Source of the DNA: an uncultured Acidimicrobiaceae bacterium
Lineage (GTDB): Bacteria; Actinomycetota; Acidimicrobiia; Acidimicrobiales; RAAP-2
Direction of reading: 5' to 3'
DNA: 64,000 nucleotides
Assembly: GCA_963804325.1 (NCBI GenBank)
Contig: CAWDPT010000003.1
Coordinates: 84,267-148,266 of the forward strand
Under the pieces are notes generated by a model. It was not told the DNA's origin. It did not search any database and worked only from the letters and a program-made list of their open reading frames with translations. The translations under genes and the position numbers were made by a program. This document shows, one piece after another, positions 19,460-29,147 of this stretch; the stretch's first letter is position 1; the number at the start of each line of letters is the position of its first letter.

Positions 19460-20080
19460 TCACGCCATCTTTGGTTTCGTTACGCCGTAGGATTCGCCGC
19501 GCACTCGCGGCCCGACATTGCTCACGATGAGCAGGCCCACAATCAGGTCCGCCACCAAGATACAGCCGGGAAAGAGAACCCCGGCCGTCGTCAACTTCGT
19601 CAGCGTGAGCAACGTGATGGCACAGTTCGTCGATCCCAAGAAGAAGAGTCGCGGCGATTCCGTGCGTGGCGCGAGCCACGACTTTCGAATCGTGGGTAGC
19701 GCCGCCATCTGATCGGCGAGGACGAACGAGACGAGTGCCACGGTCGGTTCATTGATGAACGCCCAAAAGACCAGCCCACCAATCGAGACCGCTCCGCACG
19801 CCAAGTCGAAAGTGCCGAGTTTCCACGACCCGTGCGGATTTCGGAACGAGGCGACGACGACCGCGCACGGCACGAGTCCGAGCATCAAGGTCATCAACGC
19901 CGCGAGGCCCACGTGTTGTTGCACCTCGACGCAGAACGCCAGCACGCCCTCGACACCCCAGAGCGACCACGTCACGCGATTCGGTGACGTGTCGCCGCGC
20001 AACGTGTCGCGGATATAGCCGTAGGCGCCGACGAGCGAGAGCGCCGCGGCGAGGTAGACAAATCGCGGATCGATCACCAA
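19460..20080 (-). CDS. Hypothetical multi-pass membrane protein
   Basis: About 7 TM helices with repeated YIRDTLRGDTSPNRVTW / PTIRKSWLAPRTE units (PQ-loop/SWEET-like repeat; inference). Confidence 0.7.
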   Translation of the reverse strand: MVIDPRFVYLAAALSLVGAYGYIRDTLRGDTSPNRVTWSLWGVEGVLAFCVEVQQHVGLAALMTLMLGLVPCAVVVASFRNPHGSWKLGTFDLACGAVSIGGLVFWAFINEPTVALVSFVLADQMAALPTIRKSWLAPRTESPRLFFLGSTNCAITLLTLTKLTTAGVLFPGCILVADLIVGLLIVSNVGPRVRGESYGVTKPKMA

Positions 20081-20137
20081 ACAAGTCTGCCCGGTGCCAC
20101 CAAGACGACGTACCGCGCTCGGTTAACCTCGGCGTTC

Positions 20138-20941
20138 GTGGACGCGCGGACTTTTCTCGGCATGGAACGAACCGGAGATGACTCGTGGTCCTTCGACGTC
20201 ACCGAACGCGTGATAACGCCGGGCAACTTTCTCTTCGGTGGATGCGGACTGGCTTCGGCGCTCGTCGCACTCGAAGAGGCGAGCGCGAGGCCGACGATCT
20301 GGGCGACCGCGCAGTACCTCTCGTACGCGCCGCTCGGTTCGACCGTCACGGTGAAGACCGATCTCGCGGTCGTCGGCGGTCACGTGACCCAGGCGCGGGC
20401 GACAACGTATGCCGAGGACCGAGAGATACTGACCGTGAATGGTGCATTCGGGACGGGAGAGCTGTCGGCGGAAGGTCCGTGGGTCACGATGCCTGACGTC
20501 AAGTCACCCGAAGAGTGCCCGGAGCGCGTCATGCCAGAACGCTTCAACCGTTCGATCTTCAATCACCTCGAAGCGCGGATCGCGCTCGGTCGACCGTTCG
20601 AACAGATCGATGGCACGCCGGGGTCGCCAGTCTCCGCACTCTGGTCGCGCGTGCCGGGTCACTTCGATATCTCGGCGGCGACGCTCGCCATCTTCGGGGA
20701 CTACGTCGCTGGTGGACTTTCACAGCCGCTCGGATTCTCCACCATGGGCCGCAGCCTCGATAACACGATCCGCATAGTGAAACTCGAACCGACGAACTGG
20801 GTGCTTACCGAGATCCATATGCACGCGCTTTCGGGAGGATTCGCCCAAGGTACGGCGTACATGTGGAGTCAATCGGGAACACTCCTCGCAACGGCCAGCC
20901 AGTCCATCGCCGCTCGGGCGTGGGACCCTTCGATCCTTTAG
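20138..20941 (+). CDS. TesB-like acyl-CoA thioesterase
   Basis: LFGGCGLA, SLDNTIR and GTLLATASQS of the double hot-dog fold. Confidence 0.85.
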   Translation: MDARTFLGMERTGDDSWSFDVTERVITPGNFLFGGCGLASALVALEEASARPTIWATAQYLSYAPLGSTVTVKTDLAVVGGHVTQARATTYAEDREILTVNGAFGTGELSAEGPWVTMPDVKSPEECPERVMPERFNRSIFNHLEARIALGRPFEQIDGTPGSPVSALWSRVPGHFDISAATLAIFGDYVAGGLSQPLGFSTMGRSLDNTIRIVKLEPTNWVLTEIHMHALSGGFAQGTAYMWSQSGTLLATASQSIAARAWDPSIL

Positions 20942-20977
20942 GTGCATTTCGACGGTCGGCTAGATTAGAACCCCTGC

Positions 20978-21054
20978 GGGGCTATAGCTCAGTCGGTTAG
21001 AGCGCGTCACTGATAATGACGAGGTCGTAAGTTCGATTCTTACTAGCCCCACCA
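20978..21054 (+). tRNA. tRNA-Ile(GAT)
   Basis: GGGGCTATAGCTCAGTCGGTTAGAGC-GCGTCA-CTGATAA-TGACG...GTTCGATTC...TAGCCCCACCA. Confidence 0.96.
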
Positions 21055-21077
21055 ACAAAATTGCCCGGCCCATCGAA

Positions 21078-21722
21078 CTAGCGAGCTGCGTAGGCCATTA
21101 GGAACGCGTCAGCCGCCATCCTGGCCACCGGAACGAGGTCATGAGTTGCCGCGTAGTCGTCATCACCAGTGAACATGGCCTTGTTGACGGGAATCCAGAA
21201 CAACATGCCGACAAAATGCTCCGCTGCCGCGGTCGCGTCGTCAATGGCGAGCAATTCGCGATCTCCAAGGGCTCGAAAACTAGTTGCGAGAGCAGCGAGC
21301 ACCCGCTCGAATCCCTTCTCGTACCATGCGCTCGAGATCTCTGGGAATCGATCCGCAGAAGTAATGACCAGGCGCCGGAGTCGCAGCACGCGCGGCTGCA
21401 TCAACGCCACGAGGAACGTCTCGGCGAGGAATGTCAGGTCTCTGGCGAGGTCAGTGGTGGACGGCAACCTGTCGGCGACAATGCCGATGAGGGCGCTCAT
21501 GTCCTCCGTCGTTGACAGCACGATGTCGGCGAAGAGGTGCTGCTTGTCGGTGAAGTGCTTGTAGACGGTCTGCTTGGACACCCCGGCCCGACCGCAATCT
21601 ACCTCCATCGTCGTGCCGTCGTACCCACTAGCGAGGAACGCTCCGATTGCCGCCTCACGAATCTCGCGATGGCGCCTGTCCAAATTTCGCTCGCTCTGTT
21701 CAGGTGGGTCCGTCACCGCCAT
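21078..21722 (-). CDS. TetR/AcrR family regulator
   Basis: GVSKQTVYKHFTDKQHLF plus a TetR_C_7-like C-terminus; possible small compensated indel in the HTH near 21600. Confidence 0.88.
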   Translation of the reverse strand: MAVTDPPEQSERNLDRRHREIREAAIGAFLASGYDGTTMEVDCGRAGVSKQTVYKHFTDKQHLFADIVLSTTEDMSALIGIVADRLPSTTDLARDLTFLAETFLVALMQPRVLRLRRLVITSADRFPEISSAWYEKGFERVLAALATSFRALGDRELLAIDDATAAAEHFVGMLFWIPVNKAMFTGDDDYAATHDLVPVARMAADAFLMAYAAR

Positions 21723-21732
21723 GTTTGTAAGA

Positions 21733-21777
21733 GTACTTGACGGACTAGTTCTCATAGGGTACTATACGGTCTAGTTC
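21733..21777 (+). promoter_or_regulatory. Promoter with tandem putative TetR operators
   Basis: TTGACG (21737)-17 bp-TACTAT (21760); direct repeats GTACTTGACGGACTAGTTC and GTACTATACGGTCTAGTTC. Confidence 0.7.
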
Positions 21778-21803
21778 CACCCCAACGACCAAGGAGGTCA
21801 ACC

Positions 21804-22197
21804 GTGAATCTCGAGGCATACCTTTTCTTCCCCGGCAATACCGAGGAGGCCATGAACTTCTACCAGAACGTCCTCGGTGGCGAACTGTCGATCACCCATC
21901 GCGGAGACGTGGACCCGACGACGCCACAAGACCAAGCACACCTCGTTATCAACGCGGCGTTAGACACCGGGTCCTTCATCGTGCGAGCAAGCGACCGCTC
22001 CGACGCCACCAACGAGGTCCAGACCAGAATTGAACTGACCGTTATCGGAACGACGAGAGCGCCCTTCGTGGTCTTCGATGGATTGGGCATCGGCGGAATC
22101 GTGAAGGCTCCGATGGAGAAGATGTTCTGGGTGACACTTCGGAGCACTCATCGACAAGTTCGGCATCGGCTGGCAGGTGAACGTCACATCGCACTGA
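21804..22197 (+). pseudogene. VOC/PhnB-like glyoxalase family protein, frameshifted
   Basis: YLFFPGNTEEAMNFYQ...PMEKMFW; the terminal GALIDKFGIGWQVN is in another frame. Confidence 0.75.
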
Positions 22198-22254
22198 CGA
22201 TGTCCGACAAAATGACCACAGCGAATGTCGCCCCACATCAAGGAGGGATTTTTC

Positions 22255-22480
22255 GTGACTGATCAAAGTGCACCATGGCCGAAACAGGGACCTACGTCGT
22301 ACTTCCCGTCCATCGAGAAGAGATACGGCCGATCGATCGCCGAATGGCAGAAGAATCGCCCAACGCGGTCTCGAAAGACATAGAGCGATCGTCGGTCACC
22401 TCACCGAATACCAGATGGGTCACGGACACGCCAACGCGCTTGTCGGCTGGACTCTCGCGGGTAACACAACTGGCCCATGA
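22255..22480 (+). pseudogene. DUF4287 family protein, frameshifted
   Basis: GPTSYFPSIEKRYGRSIAEW from GTG 22255; MGHGHANALVGWTL is in another frame. Confidence 0.75.
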
Positions 22481-22606
22481 TCCCACTGAACCGGGATCGG
22501 CGGCGTAAGGCGTGGCGAGGTGCGTGCCACTGTGGCTCGATCGCGTTTGCAACCCACGCGTGGGGTCTGACCGATTGACGCTCGGTTTGAAACCTCATAG
22601 CCTTCG

Positions 22607-23478
22607 ATGATGACTTCGCCGGTCGATTCGCCATTTCTGAACACTGAGGTTCACTTCCTTGATTCCGACGCAGGGGATTCAAAGTATTGATCGGCAAATC
22701 TGGGATGAAGAAGGCGTTCCACCTGAGTTCTCTTCCTCACCGACGCCGATCTGGCCTTCGGGGGAACAATGAACACTCTCTGGGGGCTTCAATTCGCCGG
22801 ATGGCTCCCACCAATCTTTGTCGTGGGAATCGGCTATCCAATCAACGATGAAGCCGAAAGTTTTCCGCTCCGTTCCCGCGACCTCACTCCAAGCGTTGAC
22901 GACTACGTCGCGCAACAATCGGGTTGGCCGTCAGGCGGCGCAGACCGATTTCAGAGATTCATTAAGGATGAACTCAAGCCTTGGCTCGGCACGAATTTCG
23001 GCGTTGATCCCGACGACAATTTGTACTTCGGTGATTCGTACGGCGGACTCTTTGGCGCACACGTGCTCCTCAGCGCACCAGAGACGTTCAAGCGATACGG
23101 ACTCGGCAGCAGCTCCTTTTGGTACAACCACGGCGAAATTTTCGAGTCAGAAGCGAGGTACGCCCAGACGAACCGCGATTTGTCAGCCAAGGTGTTCTGT
23201 TCGGCGCCTACGAGGGTCCAGAGGGCGATCAACTCCTTCTCGCGTGGCTTCCGGAGGACAAACGGGCCGAGGCTGAAGAAGCGGCCGCGAGTGAACTCGC
23301 CGACTACGGCGAGACCAACATGGTCGCCGACCAGGAACGGTTCGTCTCTGCATTGCGAAGCCGCAACTATCCAAGTCTCCTTATCGACTCAGAAGTCTTG
23401 CCCGGAGAGTTCCACATGACGTCAGCCCCGATGAACTTTTCGCGCGCCATGCGCTACCTCTTTGATGCTCCGCGCTGA
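22607..23478 (+). pseudogene. IroE/BesA-like alpha/beta hydrolase esterase, frameshifted
   Basis: VVGIGYP, RSRDLTP, GGADRFQRFIKDELKP, nucleophile GDSYGG and LPGEFH, split across frames. TTGACG-17-TAGCCT promoter just upstream. Confidence 0.75.
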
Positions 23479-23796
23479 AGTAGGAACGGTCTAGAACGGG
23501 AACGCAAGAGACGATCAGGGAGTCGACGCTGCGTTGCTCGATCTGACCGTGGCGGCGACCAAAACCAGAAGATGCCGAGGCTGGCCACAGCGCCATCGCC
23601 CACCGGCAATCCGCCAACGGGCCCGCCGACTTTGACAAACCGTCGTCGTCGTCCCTTTCGGCGTTTGATTCGACTGCGTCAGTCATCGTTTGCGTGCCTC
23701 TAAGTGCCGGTGTGCCACTGACGAATGCTTTGCCGATATCGTTCGGCTGGGGACAACAGTACGGCGATATCACTGTCCACTGATGAGGATTCGTCG

Positions 23797-24937
23797 ATGA
23801 AGCGCACTCGAAGGCTAGTGACGTGGAGCGCTCGCGGCAAGCCTCGTCCTGGCTCTCTTGGATTAACAGCTGCCTCGGCGAGCACTCCGGTCTATCAAGA
23901 ACCCAGGAGCGATCGCACTCGACCACCAAGGTCACCTATGGGTCGGCGAACTCGGACTACTTCGGCATAACGGAGATTCAGGCCAGTACCGGCAAAGTGA
24001 TTCGCGTCATCAACGCAAAAGCCGATGGCTTCATCGATCCCTCGGGCATCGCGATCGCCGGCAACGACGTGTGGATCGTGAACGGCGGCGTCACGTATCG
24101 CAACGGAACGAGCCACGTCGGAACAGTGACCGAACTCAACGCCACGACGGGTGCCTTGGTGCGGACAGTGAGTCTCAAGAACCACGGGATCACGGGGCTA
24201 TCGGCCGTCAGCGCTGACGCACATGACGTGTGGGTCGTCGCCGACGGCGGATCACGAGTCGCAGAGCTGTCGGTCACGACCGGCAAGGTCGTGCGCATAC
24301 GTCGAGGCCGTCAGCGAGACGACATGTCGAGCGGAATCGCCGTCCGTGCCAACCGCGTTTGGATCGCGAGCCCGGAAGTAAGCAATGGCGTGATCGAGCG
24401 CAACGCCCTTTCCGGACTCAAAGTGCGCACGATCTCACCGACGGTCCTCAGGCGCAACCGGGCGGTGGTCCCAAAGTGACCACCTTCCTCGGACCCCAAT
24501 ACGTCGCCGTCGATTCACACTCTGTATGGACAGCGAACCAAGGAAGCGTGAAGGTCAAATTGATCGGGGGCTCGGTCACTCAAATCAATGCGACGACTGG
24601 CAAGATCGTTCGAACGGTCGATAGCGCCGCCGACCGTTTTTGGGGCAACATCCGTTGCATCGTCTCGGACGGCACTCATGTCTGGATCGTCAACGGCGCA
24701 GATGAGTACAGGGGTCGTACGCACGGTGACTCGGTGACGGAGCTCAACGCTTCGAACGGCTCGCTGGTGCGGGTCATCCTCTTGCACCACGGCATCTATT
24801 CCGATCCGTACGGGCTGGTGTCCAATGGCACCGATCTGTGGGTGACCGATGTTGGCGGCGGCAAGGACGGGTACAGCAGCGTCGTTCTCGAACTCAGTGC
24901 TGCAACGGGAACCGTGGTCCGAACGATCGGTGGTTGA
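23797..24937 (+). pseudogene. Secreted beta-propeller repeat protein (YncE/Vgb-like), frameshifted
   Basis: Repeated VW(I/V)...VTELNAxTGxxVR blades across three ORF pieces. Confidence 0.65.
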
Positions 24938-24980
24938 GCTCGATTCGTAGTACTTCGGGTGGTCAGTTCAGTGAAGTCGA

Positions 24981-25247
24981 CTACTTGCCGTTGCGCTCTC
25001 GATGGCCACAACCGGGCCAACAACACGGACGGCGCTGACCCTCCTCTAACTCCTCTTTCGTTCGACGGATTCGACGCTCGCGTGTCGCCTCCTGTTTGGC
25101 ATCCTCAACCCAACAGATGAATTCATTTCGTGCCAGCGGAGTGATGTCCATCCAGGCGTCCAACGCCGTGGGACTGGCAATCAACTTCGTGCGTAGGTCC
25201 GTCGGCAACTTGTGCACGACACCACCAGGTATTCGTTGCGCACTCAC
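24981..25247 (-). CDS. YdeI/OmpD-associated family protein
   Basis: ITPLARNEFICWVEDAKQEATRERRIRR and RRPCCWPGC. Confidence 0.85.
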   Translation of the reverse strand: MSAQRIPGGVVHKLPTDLRTKLIASPTALDAWMDITPLARNEFICWVEDAKQEATRERRIRRTKEELEEGQRRPCCWPGCGHRERNGK

Positions 25248-25289
25248 GAGTCGAGAGTAATGGTCAATCGGTCGTTCGACATCCGTGCC

Positions 25290-26210
25290 CTACGACTTTG
25301 CTCTCGCGCGTGAGTTGCCCACAACCAGTGGTGCCATCAGGTCACCGTACTTGTCGATTCGTTTCAGTACGTCTTTCGTCTCGAATTGCAGCATCCCTGG
25401 TTTGCCGACCTTCGCACACTTGTCGACCTCTGCCCACGACACGGGAGTCGACACGGTGGGCTCCGGCCGGGCGCGCATGGAATACACGGCCACCGTGGTC
25501 TTCGAAGAGTTGTTCTGGCTCCAGTCGATGAGAACCTTGCCGTCGCGAAGATTCTTTCGCATCATCGAAACGACCTCGCCGGGATGATCTCGCTCGATCG
25601 CTCGAGCGATGTCGTGCGCGCGCTCGCCAAGTTGATCCCAGGTCGTGCGTTGCACTCGCGTATAGAGCTGAAGCCCCTTCGATCCGCTGGTCTTGGCGAA
25701 GAGTGAATCGCGGTCAAGGCGTTCCCCCAACCACTGCGCAACGCGACAGCACTCGACGATCGTTGTCCCGGGGCCGGGATCGAGGTCGAAGACCATGTAG
25801 TCGGGAGGTGCGGGGATCGACTTGCCCTTCGCGACGTGCCAGAGCGGCACGTGGAATTCGATCGCGGCGAGGTTCGCGGCCCAGAGCAACGTCGCTCGCT
25901 CGCCGACCGCCGTGTACACGATCGGCCCGTGTTCGCCCTGCTTCGAAGGGACCTCGATCGTGGCGATCCAGTCCGGTTGATGATCCGGTGCGTGCTTCTC
26001 GAAGAACGACATGCCTTCGACGCCGTTGGGGTACCGACGAAAGGTCGTCGGACGACTGCGTAGGTGGGGCACCATGACTTCGGCGATTCGCGCGTAGTAG
26101 TCCAGCATCTGACTCTTGGTAAAACCGGTGTCGGGGTAGAGGACCTTGTCGAGATTCGACAGTGACAACTCGCGACCGTCTACTTCGGTCAGGACTCGCT
26201 CAGGACTCAC
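25290..26210 (-). CDS. ligD: LigD polymerase (primase-polymerase) domain protein
   Basis: LSNLDKVLYP, RYPNGV, FFEKHAP, VFDLDPG, KTSGSKGLQ and DWSQN; GTG start 26210. Confidence 0.9.
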   Translation of the reverse strand: MSPERVLTEVDGRELSLSNLDKVLYPDTGFTKSQMLDYYARIAEVMVPHLRSRPTTFRRYPNGVEGMSFFEKHAPDHQPDWIATIEVPSKQGEHGPIVYTAVGERATLLWAANLAAIEFHVPLWHVAKGKSIPAPPDYMVFDLDPGPGTTIVECCRVAQWLGERLDRDSLFAKTSGSKGLQLYTRVQRTTWDQLGERAHDIARAIERDHPGEVVSMMRKNLRDGKVLIDWSQNNSSKTTVAVYSMRARPEPTVSTPVSWAEVDKCAKVGKPGMLQFETKDVLKRIDKYGDLMAPLVVGNSRARAKS

Positions 26211-27675
26211 GGACCACCTCGTCGGCGCTCTTGTCGGATCGCAGTCCTCGCCACGACGGCTGGCGCAGGTTTCCGTCGTTGGTCCACTCCGCGAACTGCA
26301 CCTCACCCACGATGGTGGGCCGAACGAAGTGAGCGAGCGCGGTCTCGGCTCGACTCAGTGGCGCCGAGAACGGCGTCGACTTGCGGGCGAGTGGCTTCAG
26401 TCGACGCAGAAGGTCTTGGCGCGTCGAGGCAGTGAACCCGGTGCCCACCTTGCCGACATATTCGAGTCCGCTTCCGGAGGGAACACCCAGTAACAGAGCG
26501 CCCAGACTGCCGTCTCGTTCGCCCTTGCCCTCGGTCCATCCGCCGACGACGACCTCTTGGGTGAAGAAGTTCTTCACCTTGATCCACTCACCATTGCGCG
26601 ATCCCGGCGAGTAACGCGAACTTCGACGTTTAATGACGACCCCTTCGAGACCGCGCTCACGCGATATGTCCATCACCTTGGAACCGGCCGTGTTGGTGAT
26701 CGAGGGCGGCGTCGCGAATGTCTCACCCTGAAGTTTCAGTGACTCGAGCGCGGCGCGGCGTTCGTCATAGGACAGTTCCATGATCGAATGCCCCTCGAGA
26801 TACAACAGATCGAAGGCGAAGAAACTCGCGGGGATCGAGGACTTCAGTTTCTCGATGGCCGGCTTCGACGTGACGTTCAGGCGTTTGGAGAGGGTCGAGA
26901 AGTTCGGACGGTTGTCTTTGTCGAGAGCCACGATCTCTCCGTCGAGGATCGCGGAGCGTGATCCCAGGTGTAGTCCGATGTCGCGCAACTCGGGAAACGT
27001 CGAGAGCAGACTCTTGTCGTTGCGAGTGAACGCTCGTACGCGGCCACCGTCGACGTAGACGAGGGCACGCACACCGTCCCACTTGAACTCGTACGCCCAG
27101 CCAGCGTCCTTCGTCGGAAGTTCGCCGGCCAACGACAGCATCGGCTTGACGTGTTGGGGCATGGCTTCGAAGTACGCCGGGGCCGGATCCATGCGATGGA
27201 TCATCCAGTTCTTCTCGTCGATCGGAAAGAGTACGTAGCGACCGGACGCGCGCTTCCCGTGCAAGACGACCATCACCTCTTTCTCTCGCCACTTCTCGGT
27301 CTCGTAGGTGCCGTGGTCCCAGATCGTCACCTGACCGGCGCCGTACTGCCCCTTGGGTATCGTCCCTTCGAATTTGCCGTAGTCGAACGGATGGTCTTCG
27401 ACGTGAACGGCGAGGTGATTCGTGGCCGGATCCATCGGCAGGCCCTTCGGCAGCGCCCACGAAACCAGGACGCCGTCACGTTCGAGGCGAAAGTCCCAGT
27501 GCAGTGCCCGCGCGTGATGCTCTTGGATGACGAACGTCAGGAGTTTTGACTTCTTCTTCGCGGCCGGCTTCCCCGTCGCCCCCATGGGTTCCGGCGTCTT
27601 CTTGGGATCTCTTTTCTCCCGATAGGTGGTGAGCTTGGACGGCGAAGTCGGCGCAGTGTCCTTGGCGCGAGCCAT
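26200..27675 (-). CDS. ligD: LigD 3'-phosphoesterase + ATP-dependent DNA ligase
   Basis: FVIQEHHARALHWDFRLE, SWALPKG, adenylation motif EFKWDG, EGVVIK and WIKVKN. Confidence 0.93.
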   Translation of the reverse strand: MARAKDTAPTSPSKLTTYREKRDPKKTPEPMGATGKPAAKKKSKLLTFVIQEHHARALHWDFRLERDGVLVSWALPKGLPMDPATNHLAVHVEDHPFDYGKFEGTIPKGQYGAGQVTIWDHGTYETEKWREKEVMVVLHGKRASGRYVLFPIDEKNWMIHRMDPAPAYFEAMPQHVKPMLSLAGELPTKDAGWAYEFKWDGVRALVYVDGGRVRAFTRNDKSLLSTFPELRDIGLHLGSRSAILDGEIVALDKDNRPNFSTLSKRLNVTSKPAIEKLKSSIPASFFAFDLLYLEGHSIMELSYDERRAALESLKLQGETFATPPSITNTAGSKVMDISRERGLEGVVIKRRSSRYSPGSRNGEWIKVKNFFTQEVVVGGWTEGKGERDGSLGALLLGVPSGSGLEYVGKVGTGFTASTRQDLLRRLKPLARKSTPFSAPLSRAETALAHFVRPTIVGEVQFAEWTNDGNLRQPSWRGLRSDKSADEVVRES

Positions 27676-27683
27676 GGATCTCG

Positions 27684-28682
27684 TCAGCCTGATTTCTTCT
27701 TAGCGTTCTTGGCTGCACTCACGGCGCGAATCAACTCGTCCTTGGTCATCTTGGCGTTCACGACGATCTTGAGTTGCTTGGCGCGATCAAGCAGATCGGC
27801 CTTAGTCATCGCGTCGAGGCCCTTGGACTCACGATGCGTGGCGACCTTCATGCTCGCGCTCTTCGACGGAGCCGACGCCTTGGCGGCCGAACGTGACGGT
27901 CGCTTCGTCGATCGATCGATCGACGCCTGCAGCGCGGACATGAGGTCGACGACGTTCGACTTGGGGCGATCCTCGGCGCCGCGAACGATCGCGTGTCCGG
28001 CACGCTTCTCCTCGATGAGCTCTTCCACGCGTTGACGGTACGTGTTCTTGTAGCGACTCGGATCCCACTCATCGGTCAACGATTCGACAAGCTTCTTGGC
28101 GATCGACAGTTCGCGCGCGTTCGCGTCACCGACGGGTGGCAAAGTGTCGAGCTCCTCTTCGGGGTCGCGAATCTCGTCCTCGAAGAACATCGTCTCGAGC
28201 ATGAGTACCTTTTCGGCGGGACGAACGGCGACGAGGTGCTCCTTGTCGCGCAACACGAGGGTCGCGATGCCGACCTTCTTCGTCTCGAGCATGGCCTGCA
28301 ACAAAAGTGCGTACGCGCGGTCGGCGCCCTTCCCCTTTGGCGCCAGATAGTAGGACTGTCGAAAGAAGATCGGGTCGATCTCCTCTAAGTCCACGAAGTC
28401 CTGGATCTCGATCAGCTCGGACTTGCCGGGAGCCGCATCGGCCATCTCTTCGCGGGTGACGACGACGTACTCGCCCCCGCCCAACGGGTAGCCGTTCACG
28501 ATGTCCTCGGTGGAGAGTTCCTCACCGGTCTCTTCGTCGACCTTCTTGTAGCGGACGCGATTCGACGTGTTCTTGTGCAGCTGGTTGAAGTGGATGGTCT
28601 GGTCCGTCGTGGCACTGAAGAGCCCGACGGGGACGCTTACGAGCCCGAAGCTAAGAAATCCTGACCAAGTGGCGCGCGCCAT
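27684..28682 (-). CDS. ku: Ku protein with C-terminal Rho-N-like helix-extension-helix
   Basis: WSGFLSFGLVSVPV and VVDLMSALQAS; tail MTKADLLDRAKQL..MTKDELI. Confidence 0.95.
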   Translation of the reverse strand: MARATWSGFLSFGLVSVPVGLFSATTDQTIHFNQLHKNTSNRVRYKKVDEETGEELSTEDIVNGYPLGGGEYVVVTREEMADAAPGKSELIEIQDFVDLEEIDPIFFRQSYYLAPKGKGADRAYALLLQAMLETKKVGIATLVLRDKEHLVAVRPAEKVLMLETMFFEDEIRDPEEELDTLPPVGDANARELSIAKKLVESLTDEWDPSRYKNTYRQRVEELIEEKRAGHAIVRGAEDRPKSNVVDLMSALQASIDRSTKRPSRSAAKASAPSKSASMKVATHRESKGLDAMTKADLLDRAKQLKIVVNAKMTKDELIRAVSAAKNAKKKSG

Positions 28683-28833
28683 GTTTATTCTCCTCGTCGA
28701 ATGATTCGAGAGACCGACAAATGAAAATTTACCATTGGAGGTCTTTGATTCACAAGAAAATCTCGCATCGTCAGTGTGCGCTGGATTCTTTGGCGTCCAC
28801 CGGCGTGTCACATCTGCGTTTTAAGTTGATGGC

Positions 28834-29028
28834 ATGTCCCTACCGTTGCGAACGACAACACCGGTCACCGTGTGCACGATGTGCGACGACAACCTTCTGC
28901 ACTGTCATGGCACCGCCATCGTCATCGACGACGCAACGCACGTGTGCTCCGACGATCCCGACTGCACGCTCAGCGTCAACGAGCACTGGTTCATGTCCAT
29001 AGAAGTCGACGAAGACACCCTGACGTAG
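28834..29028 (+). CDS. Small Cys/His-rich hypothetical protein
   Basis: 64 aa with CxxC...HCHGT...CSDDPDC...H; divergent from ku. Confidence 0.6.
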   Translation: MSLPLRTTTPVTVCTMCDDNLLHCHGTAIVIDDATHVCSDDPDCTLSVNEHWFMSIEVDEDTLT

Positions 29029-29147
29029 AGCGGCGACACCGTTCAATCGGCCGACCGGCGCCGTTTCGCGGCCGTGCGACTTTTGCCAACCGGGCCACGG
29101 TGTTAATTTCGATGTCGCAGGTACTGGCGCAACTCAAAGGATTCGTT

